64,000 nt of DNA from an uncultured archaeon (GTDB taxonomy: Archaea > Asgardarchaeota > Lokiarchaeia > Sigyniarchaeales > SOKP01): NCBI GenBank assembly GCA_964493715.1, contig CAZBPC010000003.1, forward strand, positions 54,577 through 118,576, written 5' to 3'. Position numbers and translations under genes: made by a program. Of this stretch, positions 1 through 9,471 are shown piece by piece (positions within the stretch are counted from its first letter, which is position 1; each line of letters starts with the position of its first letter). The notes beneath the pieces are model-generated. The model was not told the DNA's origin. It was given only the letters and a program-made list of their open reading frames with translations, and did not search any database.

Positions 1-2
1 AA

Positions 3-287
3 CAGCTTAAAATAATTGTCGCCCCACTTGATCATTACATTTTAATTCCTGAAAAATCCGAGGACTTGGATATCGAGATCCAGAATGAGAGCATAAAAAT
101 CATTACTAAAAGTGGAAAGAGATATGTATTCCCCTTTTCTGAGGTTAAATTTCTTCCATTACCTGCTACAACAAGCGAGTTACTCGCAAAATATATTCAT
201 GATCAATTAAAATTAAGATATTTTGACAAGAAAATTAAGGTTAAAATAGAAGAAAGTAGGAGTACGTGTGCTATTTACGAGGATTAA
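3..287 (+). CDS. 6-pyruvoyl-tetrahydropterin synthase / QueD family protein (5'-partial)
   Basis: Frame is open from the window start (QLKIIVAPLDHYILIP...). LDH motif and C-terminal TTSELLAKYI...VKIEES match the T-fold PTPS/QueD pattern. Confidence 0.7.
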   Translation, partial: QLKIIVAPLDHYILIPEKSEDLDIEIQNESIKIITKSGKRYVFPFSEVKFLPLPATTSELLAKYIHDQLKLRYFDKKIKVKIEESRSTCAIYED

Positions 288-290
288 TTA

Positions 291-1403
291 TTATTTTTCA
301 ATGATCTTTTCTTCAAGGGGAACACCATAATGGGTCGCTCCAGGTCCAATATGAACTAAAATTTCATCACCTTTTTTAATGGTTACAACCGATACAGCTT
401 TTCCATTTTTATCAACAAGTCTAATAGTCTCTGCATTTTGACATATGACACTCATCGTAACGGGAGAATCCTCAACTGATGAAACTAATTCAAATCTCAG
501 CATCGGTCTGATCTCGATTTTAACTCTAGCCACTGTAACTACTCGTGTAAGACCATCCTTATTAATTATTAATACTTGGTCTCCCCCTTTTAATTCGCTA
601 AGATATTTAGTGCGATATTTTTGAGAACCTCCCGATGGAACTAATATATAAGCCGAAACATCACCTGCATTAACTCTAAATGGTCTTGAAGAAATAAATT
701 TAGTATCAAAAACTTCAGCGTGGATTAATGCAAATCCTTTAGCTGTACTCCCTATAAGCATCCCCTCTCCTACTTCAAGAATGGAAGTTGTATCTACACA
801 CACCCGTGCACTTTCAGGTATATTTTGAATATCAATAACTTTCGCATTCGTCAAGTTGATCTTAAGATTTGGTCTATAAAATTTTTTCAATTCCTCTAAT
901 TCATCTACATCTTTAGGGGCGTATAAAATCCCATCAACTCCCATTTCCAAAACATTAAGCATTAATTCTGCTTCTTTAATCGAGTATACTTCTGCGATTA
1001 AATTTATATTAGAAGAGTGCATTGCAGCAATAAGATTTTCATATGGTATAACTTTCCAATCTTTTGCTGAGACAATAATAAAATCAAGTAAGTTGGTTTC
1101 AGCAAGTCCTATAATTATATTTTCATCTTCTTTAGTTACTAACTCTCTATAAATGCCAATTTTTGAAGGATTGGCTTCGTTTTTAGATTTGAATCTTTTT
1201 ACCTCATCTATATCTGAACAAATTAGATTATTTATTGGTAATGTAAGATCCTTAGAATATATTTTTAGCCCTTCAATTTGAGAGAATTCTTGAAACGTGT
1301 CTTTTGAGACTATAATATCCAAGAAATCATGATTTAAAGCTTCTTGAATTAATTCTTCTAAATTTGGTTCTTTTTGCTCAAAATTAAGGATAATGGTCTT
1401 CAT
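291..1403 (-). CDS. aroB': 3-dehydroquinate synthase II (archaeal AroB')
   Basis: Family motifs DWKVIPYENLIA, RVCVDT, SRPFRVNAG, YLSELKGGD, RVKIEIRPM and QNAETIRL. Confidence 0.92.
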   Translation of the reverse strand: MKTIILNFEQKEPNLEELIQEALNHDFLDIIVSKDTFQEFSQIEGLKIYSKDLTLPINNLICSDIDEVKRFKSKNEANPSKIGIYRELVTKEDENIIIGLAETNLLDFIIVSAKDWKVIPYENLIAAMHSSNINLIAEVYSIKEAELMLNVLEMGVDGILYAPKDVDELEELKKFYRPNLKINLTNAKVIDIQNIPESARVCVDTTSILEVGEGMLIGSTAKGFALIHAEVFDTKFISSRPFRVNAGDVSAYILVPSGGSQKYRTKYLSELKGGDQVLIINKDGLTRVVTVARVKIEIRPMLRFELVSSVEDSPVTMSVICQNAETIRLVDKNGKAVSVVTIKKGDEILVHIGPGATHYGVPLEEKIIEK

Positions 1404-1565
1404 ATTTCATCAACAATGAAAATAAAATTTGGACTATGAAAGATTAAAGTTTAGAAATTATTTTATTTAACTAAATTTTCTATTAATATATTTAAGTCTG
1501 AAATTTCTTAATTATTAATAAAGAGAAATAATTAAAATAAACTTCCAATATGGAGATGAAACACA

Positions 1566-2216
1566 GTGGGAATTAAAAAAAAACTCTTTCCCCGAAAAGG
1601 ACAAGAGAAGGAAGAACTTGTAACTAAAGCAAAAGCTCACATACGTAAGATAGCTTTGGTAAATAAAACCTATAGCAAAAGATCAGAAATCGCAAGAAAG
1701 AATGCAAAAATTGCTTTGAAACGAGGAGAACGAGAAAGAGCGAAGAATTATTTAATCCAATTTAAACAATATCAACAGAAGGTTGACCGCGCTAATAATA
1801 TTAGAGCTAAAATAGAACGTCAAATAGAAGCTATAGATGAAGGGCGCATGATCTCAATGACTGGCGATTTGATGGGAGGAATCCGTGATGAACTTCAAGA
1901 TATTGCAAGCAAAGCAGCTCCTACCAAAATCGCAGAAATTGCGGAAGACTCTGAGGCTTATGTTTCTGAAATCGAAGAATCTGCTGAGATTTTAGCAGGT
2001 GATCCGGAGATTGACTTAGCTATCGATGTGACAGATGAATTAAATCAACTTGAAACCGAAATGTTATTAGATCAAGGTGGTCAGATACCTGAAGTACCTT
2101 CAGATGATTTACAATACATTTCGGAGTTTGATAGCGAAGAAGAAGAGCCTGAAATAAGAACTAAGGCTAAATTAGAAGACGAGATAGAAAAATTAAGAAA
2201 AGAGTTAGAATCATAA
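1566..2216 (+). CDS. ESCRT-III Snf7-family protein (Vps20/32/60-like)
   Basis: Basic N-terminal helical hairpin (AKIALKRGERERAKNYL), acidic C-half with DELNQLE, MIM2-like IPEVPSDDL and a terminal amphipathic helix. GGAGATGA RBS-like motif precedes the GTG start. Confidence 0.85.
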   Translation: MGIKKKLFPRKGQEKEELVTKAKAHIRKIALVNKTYSKRSEIARKNAKIALKRGERERAKNYLIQFKQYQQKVDRANNIRAKIERQIEAIDEGRMISMTGDLMGGIRDELQDIASKAAPTKIAEIAEDSEAYVSEIEESAEILAGDPEIDLAIDVTDELNQLETEMLLDQGGQIPEVPSDDLQYISEFDSEEEEPEIRTKAKLEDEIEKLRKELES

Positions 2217-2262
2217 AATCTATTATTAATCTACATTCTTAATAGTATCAAATTTCCTTCTT

Positions 2263-4341
2263 TTATGTATAATATCGTTTACCGTCATATTCTCGATATT
2301 TTCCTTTAATATCTTCAATTTCCTCCAATTCTTGACCTAGACATTCAATGTTCTTGTCGATTGAGTAAATCTGTTTCTGAAGGTTTTTGAAGGTCCTAAA
2401 ATAGTCAACTTCAGAGATTATTCCTTGATCGAATTTTGCATCTAACGCTTTCAAAGTTTCATCTAAACTGTATTTTTCCTTCTCGAAATCACGTAATTTT
2501 CGAAACCTTTCTTTTTCTTTTTTTGAATATTTTCTATTAGTGTCTAAATCATTAGAAATGAAATTATCTTGGTTAAAGTATTCGGACAAGTGATTTTTGG
2601 AGTAATCATTATATATGGAACGCTTTCCTTCATTTATATTCAAATATGAACCATGATCTCGTTGCAATATGTCATGAGATTCATTTACCTCTGGAGAATG
2701 AAAGAAACCATTTTTTTGAACTTGCTCGAGTTTTCTCATTAGAATTTTTTTATTATTTGGATCTATTCTCTGATTATTGTTAATAAATTGGTTCCTTTCA
2801 TAGTTCTGAATTCTGCGAGGATCGTATAAATTTTGAGGAATAAAGCGATTATCATAATATGGTTGCTTCTTTTGATTATAAATCCTTGAATTTCCATAGA
2901 ATAACAATTTTTCGGGATCTTGATAAGGAAATCCATTAAAATTAATTTGTTGGGGGATATCCTGATATTCTAGGGGAGGAATGGGTTGCGAGACTTGATA
3001 ATTCGGAATATAATTAAGTGGATTATTATTATATGCTTGATATGGTTGTTGCTGAATTCTTGAAATATCAGGGGGAATATAATTTGATTGTCTAAACATA
3101 TTTATTGGAATTAAATTGTCAGAATTTTGATTTGCACTATTATATTGGCACTTTAAACTAAAAAAAGAGTTAATAGTTTCTTCTATAAACGCAGTTATAT
3201 CATTTAAATCTATATAGATATTATTAAGTTTCTCAGCTATCTCTTGATCATACTTAATAGTCTCATCAAAATTCCTTGCTAAAATGATATAATCCAAAAC
3301 TCGGGTAATATTATTTGGTGGAAGAGTGAATTCATATCTTCCATAAGGAAATTCAATATATAATTTCTTGAACATTTTACCTTGGGATTTAATTTTAATT
3401 AAATCGTTTACAGGAGCTTTAAAAATAACTTCTTTCTTTTTGTTTAGTTTTCCATATTCATGCACAAATGATAAGTCAAGATTTGTAATAAAAAGGATTC
3501 CTCTACTTTTTTTGAACTTATCTTGAGTGTTTAAACCATTGGCTAATTTTGCATAAATAGCATAAATTGGTTTTTCATTTTCAGCTAAATTCAAGTATTT
3601 TTTATAGGTGTCAAAGTAATAGATGATTTTTTCAATAAATTTCAAATAATCTTGGATGCTTTCTATACTTGTAGAAATTGTTTTTATGTTATTGGATACG
3701 TATTCCTGAATGGAATTATTACTCCTTGTTAGATTCTCAAGTATTCCCTCAATAATAATTACATTGGCATTTGGTTGTGAGTAAATATCAAAAAAATATT
3801 CTTTATTCAATGATAAATGATTGAAAAGAATACTAATTTTCTCATGTAAATTTTCTTTTGCATAACTTAATAATTTAAATAATGCTAGAAGATCGGCTTC
3901 CAAATGGGGAAAGTGACAACATTTGATTGGAGGTGCTCGTGCGTTTTTTACTTTTTGGCGCAAATGATACATAGTATTTATGAGATCGTTCAGAGGTTCA
4001 ATGAAGTATCGCACGTTTTTAATTAAATCTAAAAAACTTTTTTCTAAATCCTCTTTTTTCTCATAGATATTAATTATTGATGTGGAATGACATTTTGGGC
4101 AAGCTTTTAATAATTGACTCCCTTGATTTATTTGTTCACTCTCACAATCTTTGCAAGAACCATATTTACCCGAATCCTTAATTTCTATATTCTTAGAATT
4201 ACAATCTTGACAAATGAAATAATCAATTTTTTCTTCATGTAAGCAATCAGAACAACAACTGGCTCCACAATCCTCACAATAATAAGCCAGCTTAATATGT
4301 CTATGGCAGAATCGACAAATTTGCACGTTTTGTTCTGACAT
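2263..4341 (-). CDS. Multidomain protein: six CxxC Zn-finger pairs, helical/coiled-coil region, PH/GRAM(GLUE)-like domain, P/Q/N/Y-rich linker, C-terminal Vps23 steadiness-box-like helices
   Basis: CRFC, CEDC, CSDC, CQDC, CKDC and CPKC; LNLAENEKPI...GILFITNLDLSF; C-terminal SLDETLKALDAKFDQGIISEVDYFRTFKNLQKQIY. Confidence 0.65.
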   Translation of the reverse strand: MSEQNVQICRFCHRHIKLAYYCEDCGASCCSDCLHEEKIDYFICQDCNSKNIEIKDSGKYGSCKDCESEQINQGSQLLKACPKCHSTSIINIYEKKEDLEKSFLDLIKNVRYFIEPLNDLINTMYHLRQKVKNARAPPIKCCHFPHLEADLLALFKLLSYAKENLHEKISILFNHLSLNKEYFFDIYSQPNANVIIIEGILENLTRSNNSIQEYVSNNIKTISTSIESIQDYLKFIEKIIYYFDTYKKYLNLAENEKPIYAIYAKLANGLNTQDKFKKSRGILFITNLDLSFVHEYGKLNKKKEVIFKAPVNDLIKIKSQGKMFKKLYIEFPYGRYEFTLPPNNITRVLDYIILARNFDETIKYDQEIAEKLNNIYIDLNDITAFIEETINSFFSLKCQYNSANQNSDNLIPINMFRQSNYIPPDISRIQQQPYQAYNNNPLNYIPNYQVSQPIPPLEYQDIPQQINFNGFPYQDPEKLLFYGNSRIYNQKKQPYYDNRFIPQNLYDPRRIQNYERNQFINNNQRIDPNNKKILMRKLEQVQKNGFFHSPEVNESHDILQRDHGSYLNINEGKRSIYNDYSKNHLSEYFNQDNFISNDLDTNRKYSKKEKERFRKLRDFEKEKYSLDETLKALDAKFDQGIISEVDYFRTFKNLQKQIYSIDKNIECLGQELEEIEDIKGKYREYDGKRYYT

Positions 4342-4537
4342 TTTTACATCTAAATCCCAATTTAATTATGAAAAAAGACAAAATTAAATAGTACTTTCAA
4401 TAATTTTGAAGGGTTTTTTTAATTTCAATAGGTATGTTATTTGTGTAATATCTCTAAAATACTGAAATTGGGTCTATTTAAATAAATAAGAAAATGATTG
4501 AAAGATTTATAACAAGTTCAAAAGATTAAAAACGAGA

Positions 4538-4834
4538 TTATTTAATGATCTTAATTTTTGTGCCTAAAGCCTGTCCTGGTAATCCTGCTCTTTTAAAATG
4601 TGCCCTAACAGCGCCACTATTACCGTGAGCTCTAGTGATAGCACCTTTCATTTCCTTTCCTGTTGAACTAATCCATAAAACAGTTCTTCCTGCTAATTTA
4701 TTTGCATCTTTTCTAGTTTTAATGGTTGGGAATACTAAGATGCAATGTTTGGGGTGAATTGTATGCCGTCCTCGTTTATAATTTGAAATCGCACCCTCTA
4801 ATCCAAGAAGTTCCAATTTATTATTCAATGTCAT
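4538..4834 (-). CDS. rpl35ae: 50S ribosomal protein L35Ae (eL33)
   Basis: NYKRGRHT and GAITRAHGNSGAVRAHF...LPGQALG signature. Confidence 0.95.
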   Translation of the reverse strand: MTLNNKLELLGLEGAISNYKRGRHTIHPKHCILVFPTIKTRKDANKLAGRTVLWISSTGKEMKGAITRAHGNSGAVRAHFKRAGLPGQALGTKIKIIK

Positions 4835-4973
4835 AACTTACCACTCAAAATAGTTGTATATTTTCCTTTAATTTAAAAAAATATTTAAAAAGATAAAAAA
4901 TTTTCGATAAATACTATATCCTCTTTTTTATAAAAGGTAAAATTTTTGTAGATTTTAGATTTATACTAAATCT

Positions 4974-6350
4974 ATGAAAGTTGCGTTTGGAAAGAAAACA
5001 ATTACTCAATTAAATTTTATAGGCATGTCATTAGCTGGTTATACTCGTAAAAAACCATGCTTAGGAAAATTAGATGATATTCATGTTCATGGTATCTTAA
5101 TTGAAGAAAATCAAGATTATCTTTTAATGCTCTCATTTGATATGCTTAAGTTACCGCTAGCTATCGTAGAATATATGAAAACTAAAATTATTTCAATTTT
5201 CCCTTATATTAAAGCAGAGAATATTCTTATTCATGCGACACACACTCATGCTTCTTTTGATCTTACTGGAGAATTTCATTGGCCTGGAGGAACTTTTAAT
5301 GTATTAAGGGGAATAATGTTTGGATCTAACAGAAATGATTTATACATTGTTTGGTTGGTTAAAAGAGTTATCCAACTACTTGAAAAATTATCAAAACAGT
5401 TAGAACCATGTAGGATTGCTTGGAAGAAAAAGCTATTTAATCCTGATATTGTTATCAATCGAAGGCATCCGACCAGGCAATCAAAACCTGAACTTGGAGT
5501 CATTGTTTTCAAGCATTTAAATAAAGATGAAATAATTGGAATAATTACAAATTACTCTTGTCATCCAACAACACTTTCATTTAAGAATTTTAAATTATCT
5601 GCCGATTTTCCAGGAAGATATGTTGAACGAATTGAACAATTAACTGAAAAAAGAACTAATGCAGTATACTTCAATGGTCCATCAGGAGATCTAAATCCAA
5701 TTACTACAAGTGGAATTGATTATAAAGCTTTAGAAGAAGAAAAGTCGTTAATATACGATCAATTAGGCACATATGAAGATACTAAAAGAATTGGATATAT
5801 TATTGCTGAAGAAGCATTAAAGTTAGCTAGTTCTATTCATAATAAGGATTATTCCGATTCTATCAGAATCGATGCGGAATTACATGAGTTTTGGGTTCCA
5901 ATGAAAGATGCAAAATATTTCAATAAAATTTGGTTCTCTAATAAGCTCTATTATTGTATTAAAAAATTATTTCTCCTTAAGATTGCTCGAATAAATCTTT
6001 TGAATGCTAATTTTCCATTTTTTAGTTTGAATAAAAAAGGAAGGAAAATTAAATGTAAAACAATTGTTCAACATTTTCAAATTACAACTGATGCTAAAAA
6101 TGCTTCAAATAAGTTAGATCTAATAACTGTGCCTGGAGAATTATTTGAAGATTTAGGAAATAAGATCCTTGAAGAATCATTGTTTGGAAGAAAAAATACT
6201 TTCATTTTTCAGAATTCTCAAGATTGGATTGCTTATTTGTTTAGCATAAAAGAGTATGAAAATTTTGGAGGATATGAGCCATTTCCAACTTTCAGTCCAT
6301 TTTCTGGTGAGATTGTATTAAATGAAGTATTAAAATTTTTTCATAAATAA
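4974..6350 (+). CDS. Neutral/alkaline ceramidase-family hydrolase
   Basis: LAGY, ATHTHA, INRR, NYSCHPT, LSADFPG, GPSGD and PGELF motifs. Confidence 0.75.
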   Translation: MKVAFGKKTITQLNFIGMSLAGYTRKKPCLGKLDDIHVHGILIEENQDYLLMLSFDMLKLPLAIVEYMKTKIISIFPYIKAENILIHATHTHASFDLTGEFHWPGGTFNVLRGIMFGSNRNDLYIVWLVKRVIQLLEKLSKQLEPCRIAWKKKLFNPDIVINRRHPTRQSKPELGVIVFKHLNKDEIIGIITNYSCHPTTLSFKNFKLSADFPGRYVERIEQLTEKRTNAVYFNGPSGDLNPITTSGIDYKALEEEKSLIYDQLGTYEDTKRIGYIIAEEALKLASSIHNKDYSDSIRIDAELHEFWVPMKDAKYFNKIWFSNKLYYCIKKLFLLKIARINLLNANFPFFSLNKKGRKIKCKTIVQHFQITTDAKNASNKLDLITVPGELFEDLGNKILEESLFGRKNTFIFQNSQDWIAYLFSIKEYENFGGYEPFPTFSPFSGEIVLNEVLKFFHK

Positions 6351-7522
6351 ATTAATTCTTCTGCCTTTTCCCAAGCATAATTATTGCTTTTTTCAATTAC
6401 AAGATTAATATTTTGACCCTTTAGAACAGCTTTTTTAACTTGATCAATAACTTTTTTCTCTATAAACTCTAACTTAGATAAATATTGATTTTTTAATACT
6501 TTTTTATCAAGTTCTCTAATGAAACGAGAATGTCGCATCCAATACCAATCTGAATTTTGGTTTTTATAAGGTCTGGATTTTAATACATTTTGATTATCAA
6601 TGGGGAATATGTATGGTTTATATAAGCTTAAACATGGAAGTGTGCTCCCAGTAAACCAATGAATAGAGTTATTTCCTCCTCTTTTCAGTTCAGAAACTTG
6701 AGATCCCGTTGATTCCAATCCACCATGCATACATATCCCAACATCATGTTCTCTTAAAAATCCCATCATCAATGATTGTTCGATTTTACCAATATTTTCT
6801 TTTAGTAATAATCTGGACTTCCCTCCACGTGAAAGTGGATTAAGAATATTAGATGGATGACTTCCTGAAAAAGTGGTAACAAAATCAAAATCATTATCAT
6901 CTTTACAATACCCCATTTCAATCGCATGAGTGATAATCCCTTCACGTCTAAAATCTCCTTTTCCACGTATTGATATCCCATTTGAGATTGACCTTACATC
7001 AATAACTTTCTCAACCACCCACCAATCATCAGCAGTTTCTAAAACATATGCCTCTTTAGAATCCGCGATAATAAAAGAATTATGATAAGTCCAGGTAGAA
7101 TCTTCATAAGAACATTTACCTCCTTGATGATATTTTTCTAATAATTCTGTAATGATTTTAGTTGAATTAAATGCAGAATTACCTCGTTCTAATCCTAGGC
7201 GGAGGAGGTCCATCCCAAGTAAACCTTCGTTTCTTAATGGCTCATGTGTATATACTGCTTCATTTCCTATAACTACACCATATTCATTTGCTCCCATTTC
7301 AGCACCCCACATCCAAAAAGGTTGACTAAGAAGAACTGCTGCTGTTTCTTTTACTTGAGGTATTGATACATGGGTGCATTTAACCATATCTCCCTCAGGA
7401 TAATGAGATTTAGGCATATAGGTGATTAATTGTATTTCATTCCGGGGACGATCGCTATTTTTACCAAAAATTACATTTCCATTATCAGTACTATTTCCCA
7501 AAGCTATTAATGTGTCACACAT
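6341..7522 (-). CDS. Peptidase C69 / secernin-like Ntn hydrolase
   Basis: N-terminal nucleophile MCDT, FGKNSDRP, WMWGAEMGANEYGVVIGNEA and LLGMDLLRLGLERG. Confidence 0.9.
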   Translation of the reverse strand: MCDTLIALGNSTDNGNVIFGKNSDRPRNEIQLITYMPKSHYPEGDMVKCTHVSIPQVKETAAVLLSQPFWMWGAEMGANEYGVVIGNEAVYTHEPLRNEGLLGMDLLRLGLERGNSAFNSTKIITELLEKYHQGGKCSYEDSTWTYHNSFIIADSKEAYVLETADDWWVVEKVIDVRSISNGISIRGKGDFRREGIITHAIEMGYCKDDNDFDFVTTFSGSHPSNILNPLSRGGKSRLLLKENIGKIEQSLMMGFLREHDVGICMHGGLESTGSQVSELKRGGNNSIHWFTGSTLPCLSLYKPYIFPIDNQNVLKSRPYKNQNSDWYWMRHSRFIRELDKKVLKNQYLSKLEFIEKKVIDQVKKAVLKGQNINLVIEKSNNYAWEKAEELIYL

Positions 7523-7660
7523 CGCACTATTTTCTTGCTTTTATAATAATAAGAAATCATTCAAATACCATTATGCTAATATTAAAGTTCGGTTTGTAAA
7601 CAATAAATAATATTTATGATTTTTAAATTAAATAATTAATAATATGTAATTATAAGAACC

Positions 7661-9463
7661 ATGCTAAACATTTGGATCTTAACATTTGAATTTGCGGGTG
7701 TTGCAAAATTTGGTGGATTGGGAGAAGTACCAGCAAACCAAGCAAAGCATCTCTCCGATACTCATAATATAACTGTTTTTATGCCCTCCCATGGACAAGT
7801 TGATAGATTAAAAGACAAATATGAGTGGACTAAATTACCAATATCTTGTGCAGGAGAGATTGATGGTATACAACTGGGATTAGAAGCACCAAAAATAGAA
7901 TATGAAATTTCATTTTTTCAATTTAAAATTAGAGACATAAGAATAATTTTATTAAGTGGTGAAAATTCCGCAAGCAGATTTTTTCTTGATGATAAAACAA
8001 TTTATGATCCTGATACAATAAAAGGAAAGATTTGTCTGTATTCACATGGAATGAAATGTTTTTCAAATTATATTTTAAATAATCAATTGAATAAAGATCT
8101 TCCAGATGTTTGTCATTTACATGATTATCATGTTGTATTACCCTATATTGCTTTAAAACAAGAGTTTACAAAAAATAAGTTGGAAGTTTCTTCAATATTG
8201 ACAATCCATCTATTAACGTGGCCTAGGTTTGGATTGGATTATTATAGTTCATGTGGTATTGATTCTTCTCTAATCAAAATACGAATGAAAAAAGGCTTTA
8301 AGTTATTGAAATTGGAGGATATCATCGCGTTATGTTATAATGATCTAAATTGGAATCGACCACATGAGCCTCCTACAGTAGAAAAAGTTGGAGCCTTAAC
8401 ATGTGATATGGTCACTAGTGTAAGCCAGTCCTATTTAAATTCGGATATTATCCCCAATTGTGGGGGAGATTTAATAGACTTTAAAGCTGATTTTATATGG
8501 GATGGATGTGATTGGGAATATCATGATATAGTTGTATCCGTGTTGAATAATATTGGCGAAGATTTACGTAACTTCTTAGAAATTGACTCAAAAGCTCCAA
8601 TCTCGAAAAGTCATATTAAAAAATATTTATTACAATATAAAATTGGAAATTTAAGCCAGAGTCCATTAATAAGTTCCAAAAAGGTATTGGATACTATTAA
8701 TGAAATTTCAAACGGAAATCCATTCATCAAGAATGGAACTATTAGACCCTTTATGGAATCTGGACCTTTATTGTTAACTACTGGGAGAATTTCTCCCCAA
8801 AAAGGATTTGAAACGATTTTTAAATCGGTAGACTTGGTAACTAAAGAAATTCCCGATGCAAAATTTCTATTTTTAATTTTACCGACAGACTACAGTTTAT
8901 CTGAAATAATTAGTTATGCTCAATATGTAAAAGATAATCCAAATAATTTAAGGATCATTTTTGGGGTTGCTTCTGATATTTTTTATTTAGCACATATCGC
9001 TGCTGATGTATATTGCGCTGTCTCACGATGGGAACCATTTGGTATCATGGCTCTCGAAGCAATGGCATCAAAACTACCAGTAATCGCTTCAAAAGTTGGA
9101 GGATTGCAGGAAACAATTGTAGATGTAAGAGATTTTCCGGAAATCGGAACAGGAATTTTAATTGAGAAAGACGATCATATCCAGTTGGCTCATGCTATTA
9201 TTTCCCTCTTTAAATCTGCAGAAATTGCCGAAAAAACTAATCAATTGAAGGCTAATACTATTTTCACGCCTGAACTCCTTAGATTAGCAAATCAAATTCC
9301 GGATGAAATAATAAAATCAAGGGTGTTAGTTAATCCAAGTTTTTATGATATTATCAGAGAAAATTGTTATAAAAGAGTAAAGGAAAATTTTACTTGGGAG
9401 ATAGTTACTAAAAAATTAATATCTTTATATGATTTCTTAGCAAAACAGAGTTTTTATCTTTGA
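7661..9463 (+). CDS. glgA: Glycogen/starch synthase-like glycosyltransferase (GT5)
   Basis: KFGGLGEV (KxGGL), HLHDYH, GRISPQKG, SRWEPFG and VGGLQETI. Confidence 0.8.
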   Translation: MLNIWILTFEFAGVAKFGGLGEVPANQAKHLSDTHNITVFMPSHGQVDRLKDKYEWTKLPISCAGEIDGIQLGLEAPKIEYEISFFQFKIRDIRIILLSGENSASRFFLDDKTIYDPDTIKGKICLYSHGMKCFSNYILNNQLNKDLPDVCHLHDYHVVLPYIALKQEFTKNKLEVSSILTIHLLTWPRFGLDYYSSCGIDSSLIKIRMKKGFKLLKLEDIIALCYNDLNWNRPHEPPTVEKVGALTCDMVTSVSQSYLNSDIIPNCGGDLIDFKADFIWDGCDWEYHDIVVSVLNNIGEDLRNFLEIDSKAPISKSHIKKYLLQYKIGNLSQSPLISSKKVLDTINEISNGNPFIKNGTIRPFMESGPLLLTTGRISPQKGFETIFKSVDLVTKEIPDAKFLFLILPTDYSLSEIISYAQYVKDNPNNLRIIFGVASDIFYLAHIAADVYCAVSRWEPFGIMALEAMASKLPVIASKVGGLQETIVDVRDFPEIGTGILIEKDDHIQLAHAIISLFKSAEIAEKTNQLKANTIFTPELLRLANQIPDEIIKSRVLVNPSFYDIIRENCYKRVKENFTWEIVTKKLISLYDFLAKQSFYL

Positions 9464-9471
9464 AAAAGAAA

